DNA of 64,000 nt from Chloroflexota bacterium. GTDB taxonomy: Bacteria; Chloroflexota; UBA11872; VXOZ01. Numbering within the stretch: position 1 is the first letter of the stretch; each line of letters starts with the position of its first letter. A model generated the notes under the pieces. That model was not told the origin of the DNA, searched no databases, and was given only the letters and a program-made list of their open reading frames with translations. The stretch is from the NCBI GenBank assembly GCA_965221905.1, contig OZ244922.1, positions 3,392,001 to 3,456,000 on the forward strand, read 5' to 3'. Of this stretch, positions 39,312-49,296 are shown in pieces. The translations under genes were made by a program, and so were the position numbers.

Positions 39312-41280
39312 TTAGGCCTCATCCAGGTCCCCACACTGCAGAACCATCGTGTAGTCCGCGTCGTGGGGTGTGTAGCGGTGGCTGATCCGCGCAATGCGCA
39401 GCTTGCCGTGGGCAAAGCCCGTGGTTTGAAAGTCGACCACGTCGCCGATTTGGAGCGTGGGATTGTAGGGCACGTCTACGGCATACGCGTTGCTATCGCG
39501 GCGGACGCCCGCCAGCACCGCTTCCGCGCGGCCCTGGCAGTCTGCGGCCTGCGTCAATTGGGTGTCGGTGACAAGGACTGTTTGCTCGCTGCCGTGCGTT
39601 CGCACTGCATCCCAATCCCAGGCCTCGCCCAACACACCCTTGCCCTGCACCAACACGTGATTTATTCCGTTGCGCTGCTGCCATGCGCCGACGAATTCCT
39701 GGCCGGTGTACGTCCACGTCGTCTCATCCGTCTGTGGAAACTCACAATGTACCGTACCGTCCGCTTCCACCCGCCACTGGAGCGCATTGAGCGCCACCAG
39801 GCGGTCTATCATCGTTTGCCACGGTTGACCGGCATGCAGGGCAAAAGCAGGCAAGGCGCGGTCAAAGCGGCTATCGCCGTCGTCGGTCATACGCAGCGCT
39901 CCGGCGCGGTACCACGCCTCGGCAAGCAACGCGCGCACAGTATACCCATTGTACGACCACGTCTGCGAGACGCGGCGGCGCGCCTGCACGCTCACGTCGG
40001 CGGCCTCCACACGCACCGTGCGATTCGGTAAGAGCGTAATGCCCTGCACAACGAGCTCGGCCATCGGCGCCGTTTCGATACCACCATCGGTTACATATCC
40101 GGCGCGCACATCAAGGGTCGCGCCCGCCCGCAATGTCTTGCCAAGCCTGCCATTGAGCGCGTCGTCCGCGTTGTCCAGGAGCAGGCGTGCTGTGCTCGTC
40201 TCGTTCGTTTGCTCTTCCCACTGGAATTCCAGCACGCGGCTGGATACGTCTTGGAACTGGTCCGGGTTTGTGGCCGCATAGCCCTCGTAGCGGTGAGCGG
40301 TCTCATGGTTTAACAGCCAGTAGTGGCGGGCATCCTGCCGCAGCCACGAGAATCCGGCGTAAGACTCATCTTCCACCGGCGTCCCCTCGGCAAAAGTGCC
40401 CCAGGCGTGGGCCGTACAGTAACGCCAGCGCCCGAAGTTGAGACCGGAGACCACGCCGTAGTCCCGTTCCAGGTATGCCACGCGAAACGCCTGCTCAAAC
40501 CCACTGTTCTACCGTGGGTTTGAGCAGGTCTCGCTGCGCCGTGCTGTCATCCACCCGTGCGACGGGCGTGAGCGGCTCCCAGATCGCGCCGTCGGTGCGG
40601 CAGCCCATAATAGAGGTACCGGTCGTGCCCGGCACGCCGCCCCATAACGACAGGGCAAGATGCCACGCCGTGCCGTCCCACGTGCCGCCAATACCGCCGC
40701 ATGCCGAAAAGGCGCCGTGGGACCATTCGTCTGCCTGCCAGCCTTGACCGGAGTCATAGAGCCGGAAGACGGTCACGCCACCGCCGGACTTATCAACCGC
40801 CAAGAAGATGCTGCCGTTGCCGCCGTAGCAGAGCGCGCGCACGATCTGACGGGCATTCCAAAGAGTCTCCGGGCTGCCCCACGTGGCTCCGCCGTCGGAG
40901 CTCGTCCGGCGATAGACTGTGGTGAACGTGACATAGACCGCCATCACGTCGCCATTGGGCAACACACCCGCGGCAACGCCCGCAGCGCCGGTGACGCGGG
41001 TTTGCAGAGTTGACCAAGCGGTCCATTGGCTTGCCTGGCTGGGGTCGGCAATGCGCTGATACGAAACGGTGGCTGAACGCACGCCCCGCTCCGGCGAGAC
41101 GTCCACGCGCCAGAGCGCGCCGCCGGTGTCTACGAAACAGGCGCTGGCGGCAGCGGAGCGCGGGTCGGTACGATAGAGTTCGTAGTGGTGCTCACCATCG
41201 CGCAATGTAAACTGCATTGCCGGTTGCCGTGCCGGTGCGTCTACGGCTGCGGCCAGGGTGTCGGATAACGTGCGTGCCAT
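39312..41280 (-). pseudogene. Large tail/baseplate-hub-like protein (Asp-box N-part + hub-like C-part), split by a +1 frameshift at ~40495
   Basis: ORFs 40495..41280 (SSDGGATW Asp-box) and 39312..40481 (LLLDNAD, LQIGDVV..RISHRY) are in adjacent frames. Confidence 0.6.
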
Positions 41281-41282
41281 TG

Positions 41283-41720
41283 CTAGACCTCCCGCAACAC
41301 TACGTGCGTTTCCCACTCCAGCAGCCATAGCCGCTCTTTACCAAAGGGAATTACCCGATCCTCGCAGGCAGCGAAACGCACCGTATAACTATCCTCCAAG
41401 GGATCGACGAACGCATGGTCCTCGTTCAACTGTCGATAGAATTCCCAGAGCCAGTCGTGCCACTGCCGCGCCTTGGTGGCGTTCGTCGTGCCGTCGAGAT
41501 TACGCACGTTACTGCGGCACATGACGACGAAACCAAACTCGCGCTTTCCTAAGCCGCTCTCGACGTACGAAATCGAGCCTGCCGCTGTCCGACGCGCCTG
41601 CGCGAGACGCGGTTGGGTCATAGTAAATGTGCCGGGCTTTACGAAGAATCCCACCGGCACGCCGCCGTTCACGTTGGCGTTGGCCAGCGTCACGTTGCAG
41701 TCCATCCCTATGGTTGCCAT
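41283..41720 (-). CDS. Phage-like tail protein, paralog of 42293..42700
   Basis: MATIGMDC..FVKPG..GKR pattern; RBS GAGGGGAG. Confidence 0.55.
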   Translation of the reverse strand: MATIGMDCNVTLANANVNGGVPVGFFVKPGTFTMTQPRLAQARRTAAGSISYVESGLGKREFGFVVMCRSNVRNLDGTTNATKARQWHDWLWEFYRQLNEDHAFVDPLEDSYTVRFAACEDRVIPFGKERLWLLEWETHVVLREV

Positions 41721-41847
41721 ATGGTCAATACTCCCCTCTCATGTCGGTATTCCAAGAGAACTTCAAAAGGATGCACAATCGGAACTCCGGCGATGCAATC
41801 CCAAAACTCGCGATGCAATCGGAAATCTCACAAGGACGCCACTCTTC

Positions 41848-42222
41848 CCGTTCGCCCTGAGCCTGTCGAAGGGCTCTTCATGGCGCGAACCTCTTTTCCG
41901 TTCGCCCTGAGCTTGTCGAAGGGTCGTTGGGTCGAAGAGCCCTCCTTGGCGCGGACCCTTTATTCCGTTCGCCCTGAGCCTGTCGAAGGGCCGATGGGCC
42001 CTCCACGGCGCGAACCCTCTTTCCGTTCGCCCTGAGCTTGTCGAAGGGTCGAAGGGCCCTCCACGGCTCCAACCCTCTTTTCCGTTCGCCCTGAGCTTGT
42101 CGAAGGGTCGATGGGCCCTCCACGGCGCGAACCCTCTTTCCGTTCGCCCTGAGCTTGTCGAAGGGCCGATGGGCCCTCCACGACGCGATCCTCTTTTCCG
42201 TTCGCCCTGAGCTTGTCGAACG
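41848..42222. repeat. 7-copy direct array of REP family A (CCGTTCGCCCTGAGCYTGTCGAAGGG)
   Basis: Copies at 41848, 41898, 41965, 42023, 42082, 42140, 42198. Confidence 0.9.
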
Positions 42223-42292
42223 GCAGGCATCCGGTACAAACACCTATTTACCCTCGCCATGACGACCCGTTTGCGCTACCGGCCCACGCCCT

Positions 42293-42700
42293 TCACGCCT
42301 CGACCAGCGATACCGCGATCTCCCACTCCGGCTGCTCCCAGAATCCCGCTGCCTCCGACACGCGTTCTTCCAGACTCAACGTGTGTACGCTGTGCTCTGT
42401 ACCCAGCCGGTCCGTAAAGCGCAGCGCCTCGGCCTTGGCGTAGGACGCCCGCAGGCGTGTACGGAAGGCAGCGGCAGCAGTAGGGTTAATTGTGCCGTTG
42501 CGGTTGAGGTGGTTGGCGAATGCGAGAACGGTGAAGTGCCAGACCTGCTTGCCCGCGCCAAGGTCAACTGCCGCGGGACCGGCCGCTGCCTCCGGCGCCG
42601 CGGCCAGAACTTTAGGAATCTCTACGCGATAGGACCCGGGCTTAACGAAATAGCCGTGTCCGTCCAGAATCACCGAGCAATCCTCACCAACGGTTGGCAT
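42293..42700 (-). CDS. Phage-like tail protein, paralog of 41283..41720
   Basis: MPTVGEDC..YFVKPG..GKQ pattern. Confidence 0.55.
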   Translation of the reverse strand: MPTVGEDCSVILDGHGYFVKPGSYRVEIPKVLAAAPEAAAGPAAVDLGAGKQVWHFTVLAFANHLNRNGTINPTAAAAFRTRLRASYAKAEALRFTDRLGTEHSVHTLSLEERVSEAAGFWEQPEWEIAVSLVEA

Positions 42701-42706
42701 GGGTCA

Positions 42707-43081
42707 TTACCTTATCTCTACGAGTTTGACGACAATGCGGTTGGGCATGCCGGTCAACCCCAAACTGAGGCGTTCCTGCACGCGGTACGTGCGGACGCTC
42801 GCGACTTGTGCGCTGTCCGGCGTATCGGCAATCGCAACCACACCGGATAGGTCTACGTCCGGAGCGAACTCTGCCGTGGCATCCGGCCCATGACTGCGCC
42901 TGCGATTGCCGGGGTTTGCCGCGCCGGAGGATTCGTTTCGCTCCTCCTTCCACGTACACTGCGCCGCCGCGTACGCGGTGGCGCCGCCGTCATTCCGGAT
43001 CAGAGTGACCGTACGCAGCCGCCCGTGGCGGATCTGCTCACGGTTTGCCAACACCTGCGCGGCCTGCTTGCTATCGAGCAT
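42707..43081 (-). CDS. Putative head-closure/neck protein
   Basis: Position after the adaptor, ~125 aa, RBS GGAG. Confidence 0.45.
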   Translation of the reverse strand: MLDSKQAAQVLANREQIRHGRLRTVTLIRNDGGATAYAAAQCTWKEERNESSGAANPGNRRRSHGPDATAEFAPDVDLSGVVAIADTPDSAQVASVRTYRVQERLSLGLTGMPNRIVVKLVEIR

Positions 43082-43422
43082 TGCAATTCTCCGTTCGTTC
43101 TTTGCACGTTGCTTTCTGCTGTTCCGCTGTGGCCTTGGACGCAGCACCAGAGTTAGTGCAGGGGAAAGTCGTCTGGCGGGCACCCGTTTCGACGCTTACT
43201 CAGAGCCTCGCCCATTCGCGATTCCGGCCAACAAAACTATGCGAATAGGCGCGATCCAATCCGTCATTCCCGCGGAAAGCTTGCCCCGTACCTGATACGG
43301 GGCGGGAATCCATCTTCTCTGCGCAACCTGCCCACTTCCCCAGGCCGGGGACAAGCCCCCGTGCTACGGTCTAGCGCGAATGCAGGGCTTGCCAGGGCGG
43401 CCATGCGGAACGACTTTCGCAA

Positions 43423-44091
43423 TCATCGCGCCATGTCCGCGCCATCTACCGTCCACGCTACGCTCCCCCGCGTTTGCTGCGCCCGTTCCTGCCGCAGCAC
43501 GTCAAGCTCCTTCTCAAACGATTCACGCGCCGTGCTGCCCTTCTCCCACCACGCTCCGCTCACCATGCTCGTATCCACGCCGGCCCCTTGTTGGCCGTCT
43601 TGGTAGCGGAAGTTATCTGACTTTGGGGTCGCGTAGGCCAAGCACGCGTGAGCGTACGCGCCGGTCGTCAGCAGACCGGTATACGGGCCAGGCAGCGTCC
43701 ACAGGCTGTCGCTGGCGACGTGCTTGGTGCCCCAGCGCACACGCACCGCATCGGCGGCGCTAGGCGCTTCCGGCACGAGCAGAAAGACGAATCCCGGCGC
43801 GCCCTCGCTCGTAGGCAGCACCATGAAGGTGCAAAGCTTCGGAGGGTAGCAACCCGTGGGCCACTCCACCTCCTCCACGCTCCACACCTCCACGAGGCTG
43901 CTCAAGTCCACCAGCCGCGAATCCGCACTGGTGCTCAACGTGGCGTCGCGCGACCAGGGCAAAGCCCGCGATAGCTCGGCCAGGGCGCGGTCGATGGCGT
44001 GATCGAGGGCCGCGTCGCTGAAACGCGGTTCGGCGTCCGCCGGATCGAACAACTCGTTGCGCAACGAGCTGCGAAATTCGCTCAGTGTCAT
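43423..44091 (-). CDS. Putative head-tail adaptor
   Basis: MTLSEFRSSLRNEL.D....FSDAALD..I..AL helical pattern directly after the capsid gene. Confidence 0.6.
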   Translation of the reverse strand: MTLSEFRSSLRNELFDPADAEPRFSDAALDHAIDRALAELSRALPWSRDATLSTSADSRLVDLSSLVEVWSVEEVEWPTGCYPPKLCTFMVLPTSEGAPGFVFLLVPEAPSAADAVRVRWGTKHVASDSLWTLPGPYTGLLTTGAYAHACLAYATPKSDNFRYQDGQQGAGVDTSMVSGAWWEKGSTARESFEKELDVLRQERAQQTRGSVAWTVDGADMAR

Positions 44092-44260
44092 AGGTAATCC
44101 TCAAGTGTCAGTTGCTACGATGATGTCCGGCGCAACGAGATGCCGCGCTCAATTGAAGCTCATTACTAGAAGGCTCCCGTGGCGCGGCGAACTCAGGCCG
44201 CGCCAAGGCTTTGTTGAACATTAATGGTCAAACGGGGAACGTGATCCCCTCTTTCAGGGC

Positions 44261-44288
44261 GTAGGGGCACGACTTGTCGTGCCCCTAC
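44261..44288. repeat. GTAG-type REP family C (GTAGGGGCACGACATGTCGTGCCCCTAC); other copies 56802, 58215, variant 52954
   Basis: Near-perfect palindromes. Confidence 0.85.
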
Positions 44289-44390
44289 AGGAACATCCCT
44301 TTTCCCACCGGGGGGAGGGCTGGGGTGGGGGTCTCCCCTCACCCCGCAACGATGCATCAAGCACCCCATTGCCCCCAGCACACACAGGAC

Positions 44391-46385
44391 CTACGCTACT
44401 TCAGCCCAGTAAGCGCCCCGGTAGTCCAGCCAGCCGCCGCCAAACTCCCAGCGCATCTTGTAGCTGATCGCGTCGTTGGTAAAGACCGATCCGGCGGTTG
44501 GGTTATCCTGCACCAGCAGTTCCGGCGTCTCCTGACCGTTGATGAAACCGACCTCCAGGCTCTCGATCTGCGCCGGGTCCGCCATCAGGTAGTAGTCCTT
44601 GGCATCGCTGAACTGCGGCACCACGATCGGCTCCAGCATGCCTTGCAGCGGATTAGCGTCGTTATTCTGGCTGCCGGGCAGCAGCGTGCTGTTGAGAATC
44701 GTCACAGCCGTCCAATACAGATCCGGCGGCAGCAAGAGTTACCGGGGCTTGATGCCCAGGCGCTTATCCGCGCTATTGGTCTGCTTCATCATCCGCGTAA
44801 TCGCAGACTGTAGCGCCGTGGCCGCCAGCGCCGCGGTGCCGCGATTCTTGTGCGAGGTCTGGGTGCCGTCGTCGAAGACCTTCGTGCTGTCGGCGAGCGC
44901 AGGATTGCTTGTAAAGAGGCCGTACACGAACTCATTGATGGTCGTGGCCGCCGCGATCGCGAGCTTGGTAGGAATGCGTCGGATAGCTTCCAGGTCGTCG
45001 TTGAGTATCGCCTCGCGGGTGACCACCACCAGGTTGCCACGCTTGGCGGGCGTGTAGGTCTCTCGCGTGTCGTCCCACGCAAGGTTCGTGTAGGCCGCGT
45101 TCTCGTTGACCGTGCCAAGTGCCCCGAAATCATGCAGCAGCACCCGGTACTGGGGCTTGTAGTCGCGAATCGAGCGGATCGCGCAGAATTTCTTCCAGTC
45201 CTGGGGCTGCGCGCCGTAGTCCTGGACGAGACGCTTCGTAATGGCGTTGGCGAGCGCGTGGTTGAGCACGCTCGTGGTGACCTCGTTGGCCTCGCGCACG
45301 GTCGAGAGCTCCAGATTCAGGGTGCCCCGGATTTCGGTATCGCCCGTGATCTGCACGTATGCCTCTCGAATGCTGGACCACGCAGGAATAGGCTCTTCAG
45401 AGGCAACGTCCCGCACGCCCAAGAGTCGCGCCAAGCCGGCCTCGGCCGCGGCTAAACCCCAGCTTGCTCCGGCGCCGCCCATGCTGATGCGCGCCTTCTC
45501 CGCGCCCACGCCCCGCACGGCGTGCGCAGAACCCGTGAGCGCGCGCACGGTCTCTACCTCTTCCTGAACGGCCTGTTCCAAGACGGCAGTGGTAAAGGTC
45601 TGCCCTTCAAAGCGGCGGCGCAGCTTGCCCTTGATCGCGGCGGGCAGAGCCACGGTATCGAGCCGCTCGTGGAGAGCGGTCATGCAGGCGAGTTTCCCTT
45701 CTGCCTCGGCGAGACGGGCATCTACCGTCATCGTGGCAGTATCTTCCATGAGTACCTCCTCGGTATGTGGTGAATCTGTTGACTCCGCCCCGGCATGGGG
45801 CTCGACGTTTGCTGTGTCGGTACGTTGGTCTCCTTGCATAGCGTTCTCCTTGTCTGTGCTGAAAATCTCTTGCGCTGCCAAGACGCGCTCGAACGCGCCG
45901 CCGGCCGCGGCCCGCGTGACCACGTCGCAGGAGCGCAACACCGGGATGCGTTCCACTACTTGGATGCTCTTGCCGTTCTGCTGCTGGGTGCGCACCGACG
46001 CCAGAGAGTCAATCGAGAGACCCAGCACGTCAGGGCGTCCCATTTCCACAGCTTCCTGCACCAAACTCCAGAGCCAGTCGGCGCTGCTAAAGATATGGAG
46101 GGTGGCCCGCACGCGGTCACCCTCCAGCCGGGGTTCGCGATAGAACCCCACCACGTCGCGGACGCTCCGTGGCTTGTGGATGCTGTCGCCGGCGGGCGAC
46201 GGATGGTCGGCAAAGGCTTTGAGGCCGTCGATCTGCTGCGCCACGTCCTGCAACGCTTGGGGCGTGAAGTAGCGGCCGTTCCGCGACATGCCTTGCCGGA
46301 GCACGGTTACGGCTACATCGCGTTGCGGCGCGTCGAGCTGCGCCTCCTGTAACGGTACGAGCAGCGCCAGGTGTTCGGGTTTCAA
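44391..46385 (-). pseudogene. Prohead protease/scaffold + Mu gpT-like major capsid fusion, interrupted by in-frame TAA at 44739-44741
   Basis: SRNGRYF, FADHP, GLSI, DVVTRAAAGG protease motifs; TREAILNDDL and LEVGFINGQETP capsid motifs; reads LGIKPR*LLLPPDL in one frame. Confidence 0.85.
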
Positions 46386-46591
46386 TGCGTCATCCTCCCT
46401 TCGATGTAATGCGATATTTCTTGTCCTGCTTCAACGACCCGTTGGGCGGGTTTGCAACCTGCGTCCACCCGCCTGCGCATGGCACAACCGGATAGATGTC
46501 TTTGTGAAATCCTCTTTCCAAACAGTGAAAGGGCCCTCCTGAATGCGCTGACGTCTCATGCCGGTGCGTGGACATTGGTACAATAGCCAGC

Positions 46592-47173
46592 ATGAACCTA
46601 CACAAACCCCCTTCCCCCACTGCGTCGCTCACCGTTGTCGTCGCGCCTTCTCAAGCCGGCGGCTACTGGGCAGACCTGCCGACTCTCCCCGGCTGCGTCG
46701 TACAGGGGGAAACCGTTGACGCCGTGATTGCCGACCTCACGATGACGGCGGAGATGCACTTGGCGCAGGAAGACCCGCCCGCCGACACCCTCGCTTTGCA
46801 CAACGTCGCCGTTGACATGGCCGATGTGACGTACCGCCTTACGGCCGTTACCTGGCACGGCGAGCGACGAGCTTGTGCGGTTGCGATACCCCTCCACGAC
46901 CGGGTGGCGCACGGAGAGACCGTGGAAGAGGCCCTGGCGCAACTCCGCCGGCTGCTCCCAACCTGGATCGTCGCCGATCTCGCCGAAGGCGAGCCCGTGC
47001 CGATAGTCGCGGTCGCGGAGACGGCAATTATTCATCCGCGTGTGGGCCAAGCCACCGGCGCGCCCCTTTCCCAATCCGAGGCCCTCAAGCCTGAAGTCGT
47101 CCTGGTTCTGCTCCGCGCGGCGGGTATGACCAAAGAGCAACTGAGCGAGATGCTGGATTACGACCCAGAGTGA
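46592..47173 (+). CDS. Tandem HicB-like domains fused to a HicA-like C-terminal fragment
   Basis: GGYWADLPTLPGCVVQGET and VAHGETVEEAL repeats; LKPEVVLVLLRAAGMTKEQL tail. Confidence 0.65.
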   Translation: MNLHKPPSPTASLTVVVAPSQAGGYWADLPTLPGCVVQGETVDAVIADLTMTAEMHLAQEDPPADTLALHNVAVDMADVTYRLTAVTWHGERRACAVAIPLHDRVAHGETVEEALAQLRRLLPTWIVADLAEGEPVPIVAVAETAIIHPRVGQATGAPLSQSEALKPEVVLVLLRAAGMTKEQLSEMLDYDPE

Positions 47174-47504
47174 CTGAATCTGCTCGGCAACCCCCTCTCC
47201 CTCGAGGGAGAGGGCCGGGGTGAGGGGGAATCTTGTCAGCCCAGCCTCGCCTTTTTGGCATGACTGCAACCCTTTGGAATGCAACTGTGATCCGTCATTC
47301 CCGCGAAAGCGGGAATCCATCTTCTCCGTTTGCACCTTGAACACCGGCCCCGTACTCGATACGGCGCATCGACGCGATACGGCGCCGGAATTCATCCGAC
47401 CAGCCCCCGTATACTCCCGCTTTCGCGGGAGTGACGGATTGAGTTCCCATTCAAGTGACCTGAGATTCGGCAGATAGCACGTGGCAGTCCAGTGGCGCAT
47501 CCCT

Positions 47505-48743
47505 TTACTCCTCTTCAGCCAAGAAGCGACGGAAGAGACGCGCGGCGTCCTCAGCTTCCAACCAGCCCTCTGTTTGAGCGAGTTGCAGCGACCGCGCGAA
47601 CGACTCGGCGTGCGGGCCCGCCACGTGGGCAACGTCCGGCTGGAGTTCCTGAAAGACCACGCGAAAGGCCGTATCAACATTCGCATCGAGCGCTCCGGCG
47701 TCTTGTTTCCCCTGAATCGCTCGTGCTACGAGACGACGCAGGTAGCGGCCGAAGAGTTCCTGGCGGCGTTGGAAGCGCCGCAGCGTCGGCAGGCCCATCT
47801 CGGCCGCCGTCGCCCGGTTGACGTGCCCGCCTTCGGCGAGGTAGTGCTCCGGCAAGCCTGCGCCCGCCGCTATCATCAGCTTGAGCGCGCGACCGTCTGC
47901 GGCGACGTCATCAGCGCCAATGGAGGGCTGCACCGGCTGCCAGTTCTCCGCTTCGTTATGGAAAACCACGGTGCCGGGCGCCGGCGGCTGGGCGTAGGCC
48001 GCCATCTTGGCCAGCAGGTCGTTCCGCGTTGCGCCCCGTACGGTCACGTCGTAGATGAAGCTGCCTTTGAGGCGGTTAATCCGCGCACGGTCCACCAGCC
48101 AATCTCGATAGCGTTTGAGCCACGGCAGCAGCGCTGCCAAGTCGCTGCGCCCGCGCAACGCGTTTGACACTCGATTGATGGTAAGGTGCTCCATTTCCGC
48201 TGCCGCTACCCAGTAGCCCGGGTCATTGCCGACTCCTCGCACGCGGTACCGGTGCACCTGCTCGATGTCTTCTGCCGCGGTCTCAATGCGTTCGATGAGC
48301 AGCGGATCGAGCTGTCGCAGCCTGATTTCGCCCGTAAGCGGATCGGTGAATACGCGCACGAACTGCTCGCCGTAGAGGGAAAGCTCCGTGTAGAGGCTAT
48401 AGATGCGCGTGTCCATGGTGTTGTCCGGGTGCCGCCAGAAGGCATCCACCACCTCCTGCACCGCCGCACTCGCGCACGCGATGCGCACGCCCCCGCCCAG
48501 CACGAAATTGGCCTGAATGTCGATCACGGCATACGCCAATGGGTTGGTGACGTAGGCTTCGTAGACCTCCCGCAGCAGTCGCTGGTGGTCCCAGAGCGCG
48601 TCGTCCCGCGTCTCCGAGGCCCCGGTCACCTGGCGGTAGCCGATGTCTTCAGCCGCCACCGCCTCCTGCACGCGCGTCTGGATGAGATCGCCAAAGAGGC
48701 GCTCGCCCAGGCGTTGCCACCACTCACTAGTCTGTATTGCCAT
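47505..48743 (-). CDS. Phage portal protein
   Basis: NPLA..VID...NFVLGGG, ELSLYGEQF, RGRSDL, GLPEHYL..G..NRATA; follows the terminase. Confidence 0.85.
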   Translation of the reverse strand: MAIQTSEWWQRLGERLFGDLIQTRVQEAVAAEDIGYRQVTGASETRDDALWDHQRLLREVYEAYVTNPLAYAVIDIQANFVLGGGVRIACASAAVQEVVDAFWRHPDNTMDTRIYSLYTELSLYGEQFVRVFTDPLTGEIRLRQLDPLLIERIETAAEDIEQVHRYRVRGVGNDPGYWVAAAEMEHLTINRVSNALRGRSDLAALLPWLKRYRDWLVDRARINRLKGSFIYDVTVRGATRNDLLAKMAAYAQPPAPGTVVFHNEAENWQPVQPSIGADDVAADGRALKLMIAAGAGLPEHYLAEGGHVNRATAAEMGLPTLRRFQRRQELFGRYLRRLVARAIQGKQDAGALDANVDTAFRVVFQELQPDVAHVAGPHAESFARSLQLAQTEGWLEAEDAARLFRRFLAEEE

Positions 48744-49296
48744 TGCGCTCGCTTTCTGTGTGTTGTCATGGCTCTTGTCGCATCGGGAAGCTTGATTGAA
48801 CGGCAAGCATCCGACTCACCGTTCGCCCTGAGCCTGCCTATCCTGAGCTTGTCGAAGGGTCAAAGGGCGCCCGTTCATGGTTCGACAGAGCCTGTGCAGA
48901 GCCTGCCGAAGTGCTCACCACGAACGGATTTGCAAACATTCGGTAGCGCAGGTTTGCAACCTGCGATCCTAGCCCATCTAGCCCGTCATTCCCGCAAGTG
49001 CGGGAATCCATCTTGGCTGTGTCAACAATCCCTCCCCTACAGGGCACAAGTCCCCGCACTGCGTCGCAATTCGTAGTCTTTCTCTTTGGCTGCGTGGAAA
49101 ACCGGTGGCCCTCTTCCGGTAGCGCAGGTTTGTAACCTGCGTTTCTAGCCCGTCTAGCCCGTCATTCCCGCGCAAGCGGGAATCCATCTTCTACGCGCAC
49201 ATCCTGGACTCCGGCTTTCGCCGGTGTGACGGATGGTAGTCCGACGGACCGATGGCAACACGGTCTGTGCGGAACCAGAAGAAAGCAGATTCATCA

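Noticed and set aside
41848-42222. CRISPR array
   Set aside because: Spacers are near-copies of each other, the repeat is a dispersed REP family, and no cas genes are present
44739-44741. Stop-codon readthrough or alternative genetic code in the capsid gene
   Set aside because: TAA terminates other genes in the window normally; a single nonsense change is simpler
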